IMG/VR virus record: IMGVR_UViG_3300045988_029816
DNA: 64,000 nucleotides
Reading direction: 5' to 3' (one strand)
From: a virus
Made by a program: the position numbers and the translations under genes. Shown piece after piece: positions 39,723 to 48,956 of the stretch (positions within the stretch are counted from its first letter, which is position 1; every line of letters starts with the position of its first letter). Below the pieces are notes generated by a model. It was given only the letters and a program-made list of their open reading frames with translations, was not told the origin of the DNA and searched no databases.

Positions 39723-39796
39723 CGTATTCCCGTGGAATCGAACCACGCCTTCATTCTGTCACAATGATATAGCTTACCACTTACTATTAGGAATAC
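39723..39796 (-). tRNA. tRNA-Val (anticodon GAC)
   Basis: In - sense it reads GTATTCC-TA-ATAG-TAAGTGGTAAG-CTAT-A-TCATT-GTGACAG-AATGA-AGG-CGTGG-TTCGATT-CCACG-GGAATAC-G. All four stems pair, and U33 and A37 are present. Confidence 0.8.
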
Positions 39797-40024
39797 AAAA
39801 TGAGCAGTTTAATGACATGCTCAGGTCTACGTTGACGGACGTATAGCAGTTTACGGAGATGCTAAGCTCGGACTTTAGGTTATTCAAACCCGCACTTACG
39901 TAGCGTACACGCGTATGAAATCTGATGCCAGGTAAACTGTGCATCATAGATAATATCGGCCTTCACAGGCGGACAGAGCTATTACTTTCACAAGCTGTAG
40001 CTCTTCTTATCATCAGAAATGTTG

Positions 40025-40074
40025 TGGCTCTGTAGGGATTCGAACCCTACTGGACTTTTGTCTATATAACAAAA
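40025..40074 (-). pseudogene. Orphan tRNA 3' module (anticodon-like hairpin, canonical T-arm and 3' acceptor strand) with no matching 5' acceptor or D arm
   Basis: In - sense it reads TTTTGT-TATATAG-ACAAAA-GTCCAG-TAGGG-TTCGAAT-CCCTA-CAGAGCC-A. I scanned 40052-40341 for the complementary CA[AG]A[AG]CC and found none. Confidence 0.5.
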
Positions 40075-40341
40075 CATGATTAAAACGTCGATTTGGATCT
40101 GTTTTCGCATACGTCCATGCTTGTGTCTCACGACACCCTGCGAGCCTTATTGGAGGCATTTCACCTCCAAAGGGTAACTGAATTACCTAGCTCCACCAAT
40201 ACCCTTTCATGGCAGTATTACCTCCCTGGGTATAACCACTTGTTGTATAGTTTGGCACTCCTGCTATGTAGGCAATATAAAAACCACCTACCGGATTTCA
40301 TGCAATCAAGTAGTATTTCTATTTCTTCAGGCGTAAACTCC

Positions 40342-40947
40342 TTAAAAGGGAAGATCTGATGCGCCTGCTGCATCCGCAGTTTCCGGAGTAACGGTTGGTG
40401 GCACGTTAAGCGGATCGTTGTTCTCCTTATCGGCAACAACTGGTCGCTCCATAAGATCGTTCTTAAAGAGCTTAATCTGCGAATCTGTATTAGACATGTC
40501 TTCAACGAAGATTCCGAGCTTACTTACTTGAGTATAGCCCTTCTTGTCATAGATAACCTTCAAACGGAGCTTTTTCTTGGTAGCAACCATAGGGTCAAGC
40601 ATCTTCTTTGTCCAGTCAATCATCTCCTTGAATGTAGAAAGCTCTGCATCTGGTCTCTGTGGGTAGAAACAATCAAGAATCTGACAAACTCGTCCAAACT
40701 GAGCGTTATCACGCTTCTGCAAGTCTTCGTCTGTCTTAATATACATTCCCTTTGTATTCTTCCACTCTGTCAGAGTAGCTGTTTGACCATCCTCGTTCTC
40801 AAATACGATCTCGAGGAAATCGAGACCCTGAGGAGACTTGTTACAGTTTACCTCTTTAAGAGTGACATCCTGGTTGATGCCTACTGGCATATAACTACTA
40901 TTACTAAATTCTTCGTTGCTAATTGCGGCTGTCTTTGTACTAAACAT
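40342..40947 (-). CDS. Putative single-stranded DNA-binding protein
   Basis: 201 aa. It sits between the recombination ATPase and primase. The C-terminal tip ...AAGASDLPF resembles the conserved acidic SSB tail (E. coli ...DDDIPF). The call rests mainly on the tail and context. Confidence 0.45.
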   Translation of the reverse strand: MFSTKTAAISNEEFSNSSYMPVGINQDVTLKEVNCNKSPQGLDFLEIVFENEDGQTATLTEWKNTKGMYIKTDEDLQKRDNAQFGRVCQILDCFYPQRPDAELSTFKEMIDWTKKMLDPMVATKKKLRLKVIYDKKGYTQVSKLGIFVEDMSNTDSQIKLFKNDLMERPVVADKENNDPLNVPPTVTPETADAAGASDLPF

Positions 40948-41037
40948 AATCTCTATTATTTTAATATACGTAATGCTAACATATCAAGTTTATTCTCAGC
41001 ATAGTATGCTGCTGATCGAATAGATCGATATATCAAT

Positions 41038-41778
41038 TTACTTAAATATTCTATCCCAATGTGTTGTAAGTGTCCCATCTTCATTACCTTCTGCAATAAC
41101 GATATCCTTTCCGGCTATGTGTCTTGCACGAGCCTCCATGATGGTATCAGATGTACCACCTTTAAAGGATATATGCGTTTCATTTCCTTTGCGATATACA
41201 TAACCAACCGCATCGGCTAATCCACACACGATTTTACTCAGCTTACCAACCAAGTCGAGCTCTTTTGCAGAAACTTCAACACCATCCTTTTCAGTTACGG
41301 TGTCTTTAACGTGACCTACAAGAATAAATTCGTCACACAAATCTCGGAACATATCAACTACCTTCTTTACTGCGTCTCTAAGATACTTATATCCAGCACC
41401 GTTAGGCAAGGTGGTTACGTCTGTGCCGTCCCACTTCTTACCCATTGGAGTTTGGCGATAGAGTGTACAAGCATAGCTCATACAAATATCCTCAAGTCGT
41501 GTAGCATTATCGATAGTGATATGCTTATAGAAATTATGACCTACTTCTTTATTCTTGGCACGAATGGCACTTGCTGCTTCTCCTAAATCATTGATCGTAC
41601 GACACTGGATGGCCATCGCATCAACGAAGACAGAGCCTCCCTCAAGGTCTATGATAAGGTTATTATCCAGCTGTGCAAGACAAGATGTTTTACCAGCCTT
41701 TGGAAGACCATAGAGTATAAGATATCTAGGATTTTCAGAAATTGCAGGAATTTTACTAGTAGGTAATGTTAAACTCAT
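41038..41778 (-). CDS. AAA_24 / Sak4-like RecA-fold ATPase (recombination/replication)
   Basis: 'RYLILYGLPKAGKTSCLAQLDNNLIIDLEGG' is a Walker A followed by the 'DxEgG' signature typical of phage AAA_24 proteins. A Walker B-like 'FILVGHVKD' is present. Confidence 0.7.
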   Translation of the reverse strand: MSLTLPTSKIPAISENPRYLILYGLPKAGKTSCLAQLDNNLIIDLEGGSVFVDAMAIQCRTINDLGEAASAIRAKNKEVGHNFYKHITIDNATRLEDICMSYACTLYRQTPMGKKWDGTDVTTLPNGAGYKYLRDAVKKVVDMFRDLCDEFILVGHVKDTVTEKDGVEVSAKELDLVGKLSKIVCGLADAVGYVYRKGNETHISFKGGTSDTIMEARARHIAGKDIVIAEGNEDGTLTTHWDRIFK

Positions 41779-41803
41779 GATACAATGATACTAAAAGTTT
41801 TAA

Positions 41804-42259
41804 TTAAAGCTTAATGTTAATATTAATGATTGTCTTCTTAATCTCTGGACTAAGTGAAGAGATGAAGTTGTAATCACTAAAATCAGAGTAACTATAAATG
41901 TCGGTACCAATCTGAATCTCATCATTGTAGAAAATGACAGGGAGACCATTCTCAAGACGGTAAATCTTACCGAGCTTAATACCCTTCATAATACTCTTCT
42001 TCTTGCCATAGTTAGCAAGAATATCACAAGCCTTTGCGAACAAAGTGTCGCCCTTCAGAGGCTTGTAGATATAAGTATGATCCAACTCGTCGAACATGGC
42101 ATCAATCAGATCGTCATCCTCCTTCTTTGTGTTAAACAAATAAGAGTTGTTCTTCTTTACAGTAGAAAGAATAATATCATCGAGAATCTGAGAATAAATG
42201 TTACCATTGTTAGTGTTCTTAATGTTGTTGTCAGTAAACTTAATATCGTATGTTGTCAT
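41804..42259 (-). CDS. Hypothetical protein (151 aa)
   Basis: Intact ORF in the operon between the helicase and the ATPase. Confidence 0.55.
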   Translation of the reverse strand: MTTYDIKFTDNNIKNTNNGNIYSQILDDIILSTVKKNNSYLFNTKKEDDDLIDAMFDELDHTYIYKPLKGDTLFAKACDILANYGKKKSIMKGIKLGKIYRLENGLPVIFYNDEIQIGTDIYSYSDFSDYNFISSLSPEIKKTIININIKL

Positions 42260-42282
42260 AATTCAGCCTAAATTTTAATTGC

Positions 42283-43224
42283 TTAACTTTCTATCAAGTT
42301 GTTATAAGCTAAGTCATTCTGGAATTCAAGTATGCAGGGCTTTCCTGCGTCTCGATTCTTTAAGATGTGTAGATACACCTTGTTCTGAGTAGGTAAATGG
42401 TTCGGGCCGTATTCTTGTATTCCAAGAATTTCAGGCCTATGAATGACTATAACATAATCGCTAGCTTGAAATAAAGCGTCAGCAGATGAAATGTCGCTTC
42501 TCATAGGATAATGCGACAAAGAATTGTTTATTCTTTCTGGTGATTCAATATTTCTATTCATCTGTGCTAGTTGTAACACTGATGTCATAGGATACTTTTT
42601 GGCACTTATGAAAACTCTTTCGAGTTCCTGCATGGTTTCTATAACGCTGCCTATCGGCTTCGTCAATAGAGCATGGTCGTACATTATCACAAAATGCTTA
42701 TCAGTACCCTTTATGTATGTATTATAGAAATATTTAATAATGTCTTCTGCTTCCTTGGGAGTTGTAGGATTATCTACAAACCATATAGGATACTCCTTTA
42801 GTTGATTAGATACTGAGATGACTTTTCTGAAGGTATCGTCATCTAGGTCCGTTTCCGAACTATACAAAGTCGAAGTCGTTTTCCTAAGCTTACTAGAAAG
42901 CGTTCTTCCAACTTGCCTAAATCCAACCATCTCTAACGAGAAAATCAGAATTACTATTTCTTCATCAGGATTCAAATCAACAATATCAGTTGAGATCTCA
43001 TTTGCGAATGAGCTCTTACCACTTCCTGAAATACCAGCTATGGTATAAACGGTATTAGGTTCAATACCTCCCATACACTGCTTATTAAACTTAGCCCATC
43101 TAGTCTTTAGAGATGTTATAGAATGATCTCTACGACCAGATATGTAGTTTATCGCCTCTTGGGCTACAACTGACATTGGTCTTATAAGATTAGATAAGTT
43201 CTGTTCCATAAGTCGATTCCTCAA
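42283..43224 (-). CDS. DnaB-like replicative helicase (RecA-like C-terminal domain)
   Basis: Motifs are 'YTIAGISGSGKSSFANEI' (Walker A), 'SLEMVGFRQVGRTLS', 'FVIMYDHALL' (Walker B), 'LQLAQMNRNIE' and 'SDISSADALFQASDYVIVIHRPE'. These follow the DnaB_C motif order. Confidence 0.8.
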   Translation of the reverse strand: MRNRLMEQNLSNLIRPMSVVAQEAINYISGRRDHSITSLKTRWAKFNKQCMGGIEPNTVYTIAGISGSGKSSFANEISTDIVDLNPDEEIVILIFSLEMVGFRQVGRTLSSKLRKTTSTLYSSETDLDDDTFRKVISVSNQLKEYPIWFVDNPTTPKEAEDIIKYFYNTYIKGTDKHFVIMYDHALLTKPIGSVIETMQELERVFISAKKYPMTSVLQLAQMNRNIESPERINNSLSHYPMRSDISSADALFQASDYVIVIHRPEILGIQEYGPNHLPTQNKVYLHILKNRDAGKPCILEFQNDLAYNNLIES

Positions 43225-43756
43225 TTTTAGAGTTGTCTTGCATTTCTTCCTCAGATTCTTCCCATTGATGGTCTACGAGCCATCTCCACATCGTCTTCAT
43301 ATAACTTAGTTTACCCTCGTTAGTCTTTTTCTTCATTTCGAAGTCGAGACACTGAATAAGATGTTGAGCCATAGCTTCGCTTTGACCTACATAAACATTA
43401 AATAAATGTCTACACTTGTTAACGTTGGCTCTCAGATAGTTTTTGGTGCCATCTGGTCGTAGAACGTATATTGGGTACATTTCATAAAACAGATCGAAAT
43501 AGTCCTGTTTAGGTCGAACTGTATCCTTAAGCGTATCTGTTGCATGATATGTAATTGACTTACCTCTCTCGATCGAGGTAATAAGTCCCTGAGAAATTAA
43601 GTTTGATATTTCTTCGTCGCTAACTAGGCTGACAATTTTGCGGACGTCTTGATTATAAGTTTTTTGATTCTTATCCAATACCAAACTTAGGAATATTAAT
43701 TGATTTGAATTTAGTCCTGGAATGTCCAGGAGTTTTGTGTTTAGTTCAATAATCAT
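43190..43756 (-). CDS. Hypothetical protein, possible winged-helix replication initiator/loader
   Basis: 188-aa intact ORF immediately upstream of the helicase. The N-terminal region is helix-turn-helix-like (weak call). Confidence 0.5.
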   Translation of the reverse strand: MIIELNTKLLDIPGLNSNQLIFLSLVLDKNQKTYNQDVRKIVSLVSDEEISNLISQGLITSIERGKSITYHATDTLKDTVRPKQDYFDLFYEMYPIYVLRPDGTKNYLRANVNKCRHLFNVYVGQSEAMAQHLIQCLDFEMKKKTNEGKLSYMKTMWRWLVDHQWEESEEEMQDNSKIEESTYGTELI

Positions 43757-43777
43757 CTTATATACGTTGATAAACGA

Positions 43778-45688
43778 TTAATCATCGAATATTGTCAACT
43801 GGCGATTAACAAACTCACTAGCTATTTTTTTTGCTTTGCTAATGTAGTATTGGTAATCCAGATGACGTTTCTCTATTGGTGTGGCATCTATCTTGTTAAG
43901 AATTCGTACTCCATATTCTGTTATTTTTGTTTCAGAACGATTTTCGTACATTTTGTCCTTAATTCTCATAAGATAATAGCCACTGCTTGACGCGTAATAT
44001 CTATTAATACGTTGAATCTGTTTTCCTCCATATTCAACTTTTGATTCCTTGTTTACGCTTTGTGACATCAAGAAATCACGGACATCTCTATCCTTCTTAA
44101 TAAACTTGTCTATCGGTTCATTGTTCAAAAAATAGTTTATCACAGCTTTGGAGATAACAACTGGTGTCATGCTGTTGTTAAGACCAATTTCTGTGATAAA
44201 CTTGCCTTTCTTTTCTATCAGTCTTGGATCTCCAGATTGGGAGTATCCTTTGCGAACACCAAAGTAATTGTTCACGTCGTACTGATAAAACGACTCGTAA
44301 TCATCGGATTCGAATGTTAACTGGGTTAATTGCTCAACTTCCTTAATTGCATCGGCTATTGCGAAGCGGGCGGATTTGTTGGCAATGTAGACGACACCAT
44401 CTGTATTGACTTGTACAATCTTACAATTCAATTCTAGAAGCCTATCCACTAACATAAGTAGTATAAGTTGCCCATTTATACGTATCTTGTATACGTTAAG
44501 TGGATCATAAGCCCAGCTACTTTCTTGTTGCATCTTTCCTGTAAGAGCATTAAGAGCCTGTTTAAATGCCTTAGACTTTAATAACTCTCCATTACGTTTG
44601 GCAGCCAAGCGCTCCTTGTATAGAGCGCTGTACACATTCCAAAAATCTTCTCCTAAGTGAACCGGAAGCCAATGGTTTATAATGGCTAACGAAGGATACA
44701 TAGACGTAACGTCTGAGTGTCCTATAAACTGTTCAGCTGTAGGTTTGTAGACTCTAGGATCATTGATGGTGTGTATACCACCTTCACCTATAGAGTAGCA
44801 AATGTTTGAGAGAACAAACTTCTTCTCATAGTTTTCTTGTTTCTTATCAGACTTACTTGCATTGCAAGTAGCATTTTTTACATCCAATAAGACTTCTTTC
44901 AACTTTGGATTAGAATATTGTATAAATGGGAGTATGATGTCACCTAGGCGAATGTTTCCGACTTTTCGAGCACGAGTTTTTAGCTCGTCTTTTGTTGTGT
45001 TGGTAATGTCTAAAGTCTTTCGCAAGAGTACTTCTTCTCCAAATCGTACACCACTCATCGACAGTGCATCAAACCCCCATTCTTTTTCCACTTCAAGACG
45101 TAGTTCTACATCTTCTTTTACTTTGTTAAGCAAAGTCTCAGTAGCTTCTACGTCGTTCACATTATACTCTATCATAGCGTCAATATCACATTCTGGAATT
45201 TGCAGATCAAAGCTTCCTTCATACTCTTGTACATTTGGCATATGTAAGAGTATTTCTATTTCTTTTAAGCTTTTCTGCTGTTTGGCGCTATAGAGCATCA
45301 ACATAAGATCAAATGAATAGAAGTAGTTTGAATACTTGTACACTTTAATCTTATCAATATTTCCTGTTTTTTCCGAACTTATTATTTCTTTACTAAGATA
45401 GTAGAGAGAACTACAAATTCTTGAGTATCCTAGTCGCTTCATTCTACTACAGAAATGTATAATGTAACTTATGATTATGTCATCATAATGCTTATTGTTG
45501 TAGCCGCACATTATATGATCAGTTCTGTTTGTGTAGAAGAAGTCAACTAGTTCTTCTAGTTGATTTTTACGACAGGATATCTCGAATTTATATAGTTTAT
45601 GACTCTCTGAATCTTTACAAGTACAATGAAAACAGTTTGGAAAAACTTCTATGTCATATAGAACTACTGGTCTTTCCTTTACTATCAT
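43778..45688 (-). CDS. Family B DNA polymerase
   Basis: Exo I 'VLYDIEVFPN', Exo II 'CGYNNKHYDDIII', Exo III 'IEYNVNDVEATE', motif A 'SDVTSMYPS', motif B 'KQALNALTGKM', motif C 'VNTDGV'. 636 aa and uninterrupted. Confidence 0.85.
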   Translation of the reverse strand: MIVKERPVVLYDIEVFPNCFHCTCKDSESHKLYKFEISCRKNQLEELVDFFYTNRTDHIMCGYNNKHYDDIIISYIIHFCSRMKRLGYSRICSSLYYLSKEIISSEKTGNIDKIKVYKYSNYFYSFDLMLMLYSAKQQKSLKEIEILLHMPNVQEYEGSFDLQIPECDIDAMIEYNVNDVEATETLLNKVKEDVELRLEVEKEWGFDALSMSGVRFGEEVLLRKTLDITNTTKDELKTRARKVGNIRLGDIILPFIQYSNPKLKEVLLDVKNATCNASKSDKKQENYEKKFVLSNICYSIGEGGIHTINDPRVYKPTAEQFIGHSDVTSMYPSLAIINHWLPVHLGEDFWNVYSALYKERLAAKRNGELLKSKAFKQALNALTGKMQQESSWAYDPLNVYKIRINGQLILLMLVDRLLELNCKIVQVNTDGVVYIANKSARFAIADAIKEVEQLTQLTFESDDYESFYQYDVNNYFGVRKGYSQSGDPRLIEKKGKFITEIGLNNSMTPVVISKAVINYFLNNEPIDKFIKKDRDVRDFLMSQSVNKESKVEYGGKQIQRINRYYASSSGYYLMRIKDKMYENRSETKITEYGVRILNKIDATPIEKRHLDYQYYISKAKKIASEFVNRQLTIFDD

Positions 45689-45784
45689 AGTTCCCTAGTG
45701 AGGGTTTGCACCTCGCAGTCATATCCTTTCGGAGCACACTAGGGTGACCAGTGGTGTCCTGGTCGGTTTTGAAGAAGTTGCGCC
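45689..45784 (-). promoter_or_regulatory. GC-rich structured 5' leader abutting the polB start codon (candidate translational operator)
   Basis: In - sense there is a hairpin GACCAG-GACACCA-CTGGTC. Then an 8-bp closing helix CCCTAGTG...CACTAGGG encloses TCC-GAAA-GGA and GAGG-TGCAAAC-CCTC hairpins. The 3' strand ends 3 nt before the ATG. Confidence 0.45.
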
Positions 45785-46447
45785 TTAAGCTGCCATTCGC
45801 ATCTTATTTGCGCCTGGTAACAGGAGTCGTCCCGTCTTCTTGCGATGGTCTTTAAGGTTTGTACAAACAAGATTACTGCGCTTTGCTTTTACCTTGTTTG
45901 TCTCCTTATGAGCCATCTTCATGACTTTACTGTGTTCCGGAAGTTTGTTTACACCTCCATACTTAGCAGTTTCGCCATTGTCTTTTATCTGAGCAACTTC
46001 CTGCTCAGTAAACTTGTCGTCCGAATGTTGGAATCGTCCTACAAGTTGTAATTTGTCATATTTAGCGACAACTAAGTCTCTAATATGTTCTTCTGCAGCA
46101 TTCTTTTCTGATTCCCAAACTGGGAACTGCTGCGCGTAGAACAAGTCGTCTTTCTTAACCGGGCACGGGTGCTTTCGCTCCCATTTCTGCAACTTGTGTT
46201 GAACATACCCTTCCATAAGCTCGGTATGGTTAAGCTTCGTAACCTTTCTGCGAGATTCAATTTTTATCGAATCACGTTTGAGCAGTATGAACCAAGGTTT
46301 CTTCCGGGAAAGACCATGGATACAATGTTCTTTACAAAACTTAGAAGTAGTTCCATGAGACTTGTTAAAGTCCTTAAGCCACTTCTCTTTGATGTCACGA
46401 TATTTTTCAACACAATCGTCCAAATATTGATTATTCTGGGTATTCAT
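45785..46447 (-). CDS. Hypothetical basic protein (220 aa)
   Basis: Intact ORF with a TAA stop. Confidence 0.6.
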   Translation of the reverse strand: MNTQNNQYLDDCVEKYRDIKEKWLKDFNKSHGTTSKFCKEHCIHGLSRKKPWFILLKRDSIKIESRRKVTKLNHTELMEGYVQHKLQKWERKHPCPVKKDDLFYAQQFPVWESEKNAAEEHIRDLVVAKYDKLQLVGRFQHSDDKFTEQEVAQIKDNGETAKYGGVNKLPEHSKVMKMAHKETNKVKAKRSNLVCTNLKDHRKKTGRLLLPGANKMRMAA

Positions 46448-46464
46448 AACGTTGCCTCCTATGA

Positions 46465-47418
46465 TTAAGCTGCTTGTTTAGCTGTTTTTTGTTTAATTTC
46501 TTTAACCTGTGTAGGCTTTTTGTTTACGGCTTTAGCCTTAACTTTGAGCTCACGACGAAGCTTACGCCCTTCAGCCTTAGAGCCGTGACGGAAGTTATAT
46601 GTGTTCTTCTCGAGCGTCTCCTTAGCCTTTTTCTTAGCTTTACGGAGATTGTAGAAGTTCACACTAGCGTTCTTTGAGCACTCGATAGTATGAGGATCAC
46701 CTCCCTTCTTATGCTTGTTGTGATTTCCTGACATATCTATGCCAGCCTCCTCGAATGGAGACTTATCATCAGAACGATACTGATAGAATGTAGCGTTACC
46801 TACAAGATCGCGCAGTTTTGCTACCACACTTGCTGGCACATTCTTAAAGAATGCTGTAGAGTTAGTAATACATGCAGACTTAATGCCGCAATCCTTTACC
46901 AACTTCTCGAGCTCCTTCTTCTTTTTCAGAATAGAATCACATACAACTGTAATATTGTATACAGTGGCGTTGTCCCACTGCTTCTTTGCGATGTCTATCA
47001 CCTTCTTGGTGTCGGCATCATTGAGATGCATACGCTTGCACCGACGGGTAATTGATGCGATATGACGAGCCATAGCTACATTACGACGCTCTTCCTGCTT
47101 CTTCAAACGGTCCTCCAGAGTGATTTTAACAGGCTCTGAAGCCTTTTCCTTCTTGGAGTCGATCAGTTTATCCATGATGCTCTTTTTGCGCGCCTTACGG
47201 GCCTCTATGCGAGCTTTAGAGGCAGCATATTTAGCCTCCTCGTGAGCTTTCTTTTCAGCCTTCTTCTTTGCCTTAACATCGTCTTTTGCTGCAGCAATTT
47301 CTGCATTCTTTATAGCAGCCTTAGACTCTTCCTTCTTAGCTGCCTCAGCCTTAACTGGTGTAGTTCCTATCTTAGCCTGAACCTTCTTGAGGTTCTTCTT
47401 GTTATTCTTCTTTGACAT
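46465..47418 (-). CDS. Lys/Ala/Glu-rich (histone H1-like low-complexity) protein, possible nucleic-acid binder
   Basis: 317 aa. The N-terminal ~80 aa are KKNNKKNLKK...AKKKAEKKAHEEAKYAASKARIEARKARKK and the C-terminal tail is similar. It is preceded by the TTATCAAAAT-type leader. Confidence 0.6.
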   Translation of the reverse strand: MSKKNNKKNLKKVQAKIGTTPVKAEAAKKEESKAAIKNAEIAAAKDDVKAKKKAEKKAHEEAKYAASKARIEARKARKKSIMDKLIDSKKEKASEPVKITLEDRLKKQEERRNVAMARHIASITRRCKRMHLNDADTKKVIDIAKKQWDNATVYNITVVCDSILKKKKELEKLVKDCGIKSACITNSTAFFKNVPASVVAKLRDLVGNATFYQYRSDDKSPFEEAGIDMSGNHNKHKKGGDPHTIECSKNASVNFYNLRKAKKKAKETLEKNTYNFRHGSKAEGRKLRRELKVKAKAVNKKPTQVKEIKQKTAKQAA

Positions 47419-47542
47419 AATTTTGATAATTTAATGTGTTAATAATGTTATTTTTAAGGCAAGGGATTCCTTATTGTGGTTCGTGTAAGCCTCGATCTTA
47501 CTCCTTCCGGCGACCCTTATATTTGTCTCGAACCTATAGTAT

Positions 47543-48091
47543 TTAAACTGTCAGATCCATCTCGAACTTATCTGCAATAGTATCTTTAATCTCAATAGAA
47601 GTCTCATTGTTAAACTTCTCGAGATTAGCGTCAAACTTATTTGCTAGTAGTTGCTGATCATGGATAAGCTGAGCAATCTTAGCTGATGAGAATATCTCAC
47701 GCTTAGGCATAGCCTTCAATCCCTTCTTTGCCTTAGTTGATGGATCAAGTGTCTTGATCATCTTAAGTTGTGCTATTGCCTCCTTTGCCTCGCATGCTGC
47801 AAAAATACTATAGTTATTTGTCTTCTTAAAATCCTCGTAAGAGAATGTAGTTGTACCTGTATTAAGAGCTACCAAAATACCCTTAATCATAATACGCTTC
47901 TCACTAAGCTGCACAATCTGGTTATACAAGCTCTTGAGATCTAAGCCAGAACCTTGCTTTGCTGCAATTGCCTTTTTAGACATGAGGTTCTCTGCTCGAA
48001 TAATTCGCCAATACTTATTGATAGTAATATCAATATTCTTACGAATTGTTATGATGTTTGCTGAGTTCAATTTAATTGATTTCTTATTCAT
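47543..48091 (-). CDS. Hypothetical protein (182 aa)
   Basis: Intact ORF with a TAA stop. Confidence 0.6.
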   Translation of the reverse strand: MNKKSIKLNSANIITIRKNIDITINKYWRIIRAENLMSKKAIAAKQGSGLDLKSLYNQIVQLSEKRIMIKGILVALNTGTTTFSYEDFKKTNNYSIFAACEAKEAIAQLKMIKTLDPSTKAKKGLKAMPKREIFSSAKIAQLIHDQQLLANKFDANLEKFNNETSIEIKDTIADKFEMDLTV

Positions 48092-48367
48092 ATAGTTTGA
48101 TTAAAATTAAACAATTTACTTGAATCAGCCATTTACCTAGTTCCTATATTACATATAACTGTAATAAAGAATAAAAGACATCCATTGGCAATCCTGCCCC
48201 GCAGGGCGGATTACCTATTCTCCGCAGAGAACGTTTAAGGATGCCTTTTAATATAAACTAATAATATTGTCTTTGCATTTCGTTGTAAACAATAACGATA
48301 ATACCATGCATGAATGTGTATTCTTCTGCGCACAGTTCGTACACCATTCCCGCAGGAATGTTTCTGT

Positions 48368-48952
48368 TTATGGCATTACTCGTTTAGCGTTTACAATTCC
48401 GTACTCCAACTCAATCATTGGTTTACCTATGCAGTCTTTAACCTGCAAAACTTCTTTACGTCCGTTGATATTGATAACAATTTTCTCAGGAAACTCTTGC
48501 TGAGCGTTAAGCCTTGGCCCTGACACCCGGGACCCCGCAGGGTCCGCTCCTACGTCATCAGCAATGCTAGAATTCTGACATACTTTTGTCGCAACATCAT
48601 ACAGTCGTTCTACGACCCAGTTAAAGTTTTTATCTTTAACTCCTTTCATCACAATTTCTTGTGATAGTCCTTCCATAATGGCTTTTTGGTTAAGCCCTGT
48701 GGAAAGACTCACTAGTGCATCCCATACCTTAAGAGCGAAGCTCTCAAATGGTAAGGTTTGCTCACAGCCGATTATCTTGTTCCAAAAATGGAATCTAGTT
48801 GAACCCAGAGTAATGCTACCATCATCGTTAATGGTATAGATCTTGTACTTCTCTGTATGGTCCAACTTTTCATAAACGGCTGCCTTAATTTTCGGTTCTG
48901 AGAGCATTACTGCTATAAGCTTAACGCTCTTTTCTGTTAAAACAGCCTCCAT
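48368..48952 (-). CDS. Hypothetical protein (194 aa)
   Basis: Intact ORF. It contains an embedded GC-rich hairpin (48524-48541). Confidence 0.6.
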   Translation of the reverse strand: MEAVLTEKSVKLIAVMLSEPKIKAAVYEKLDHTEKYKIYTINDDGSITLGSTRFHFWNKIIGCEQTLPFESFALKVWDALVSLSTGLNQKAIMEGLSQEIVMKGVKDKNFNWVVERLYDVATKVCQNSSIADDVGADPAGSRVSGPRLNAQQEFPEKIVININGRKEVLQVKDCIGKPMIELEYGIVNAKRVMP

Positions 48953-48956
48953 GAAC

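Noticed and set aside
40025-40341. A tmRNA, or a group-I-intron-split tRNA, ending in the orphan T-arm at 40025-40051
   Set aside because: No sequence complementary to the 3' acceptor strand (CA[AG]A[AG]CC on +) exists anywhere between the T arm and the next CDS. An apparently complete anticodon-like hairpin sits directly next to the T arm, which argues against an anticodon-loop intron.
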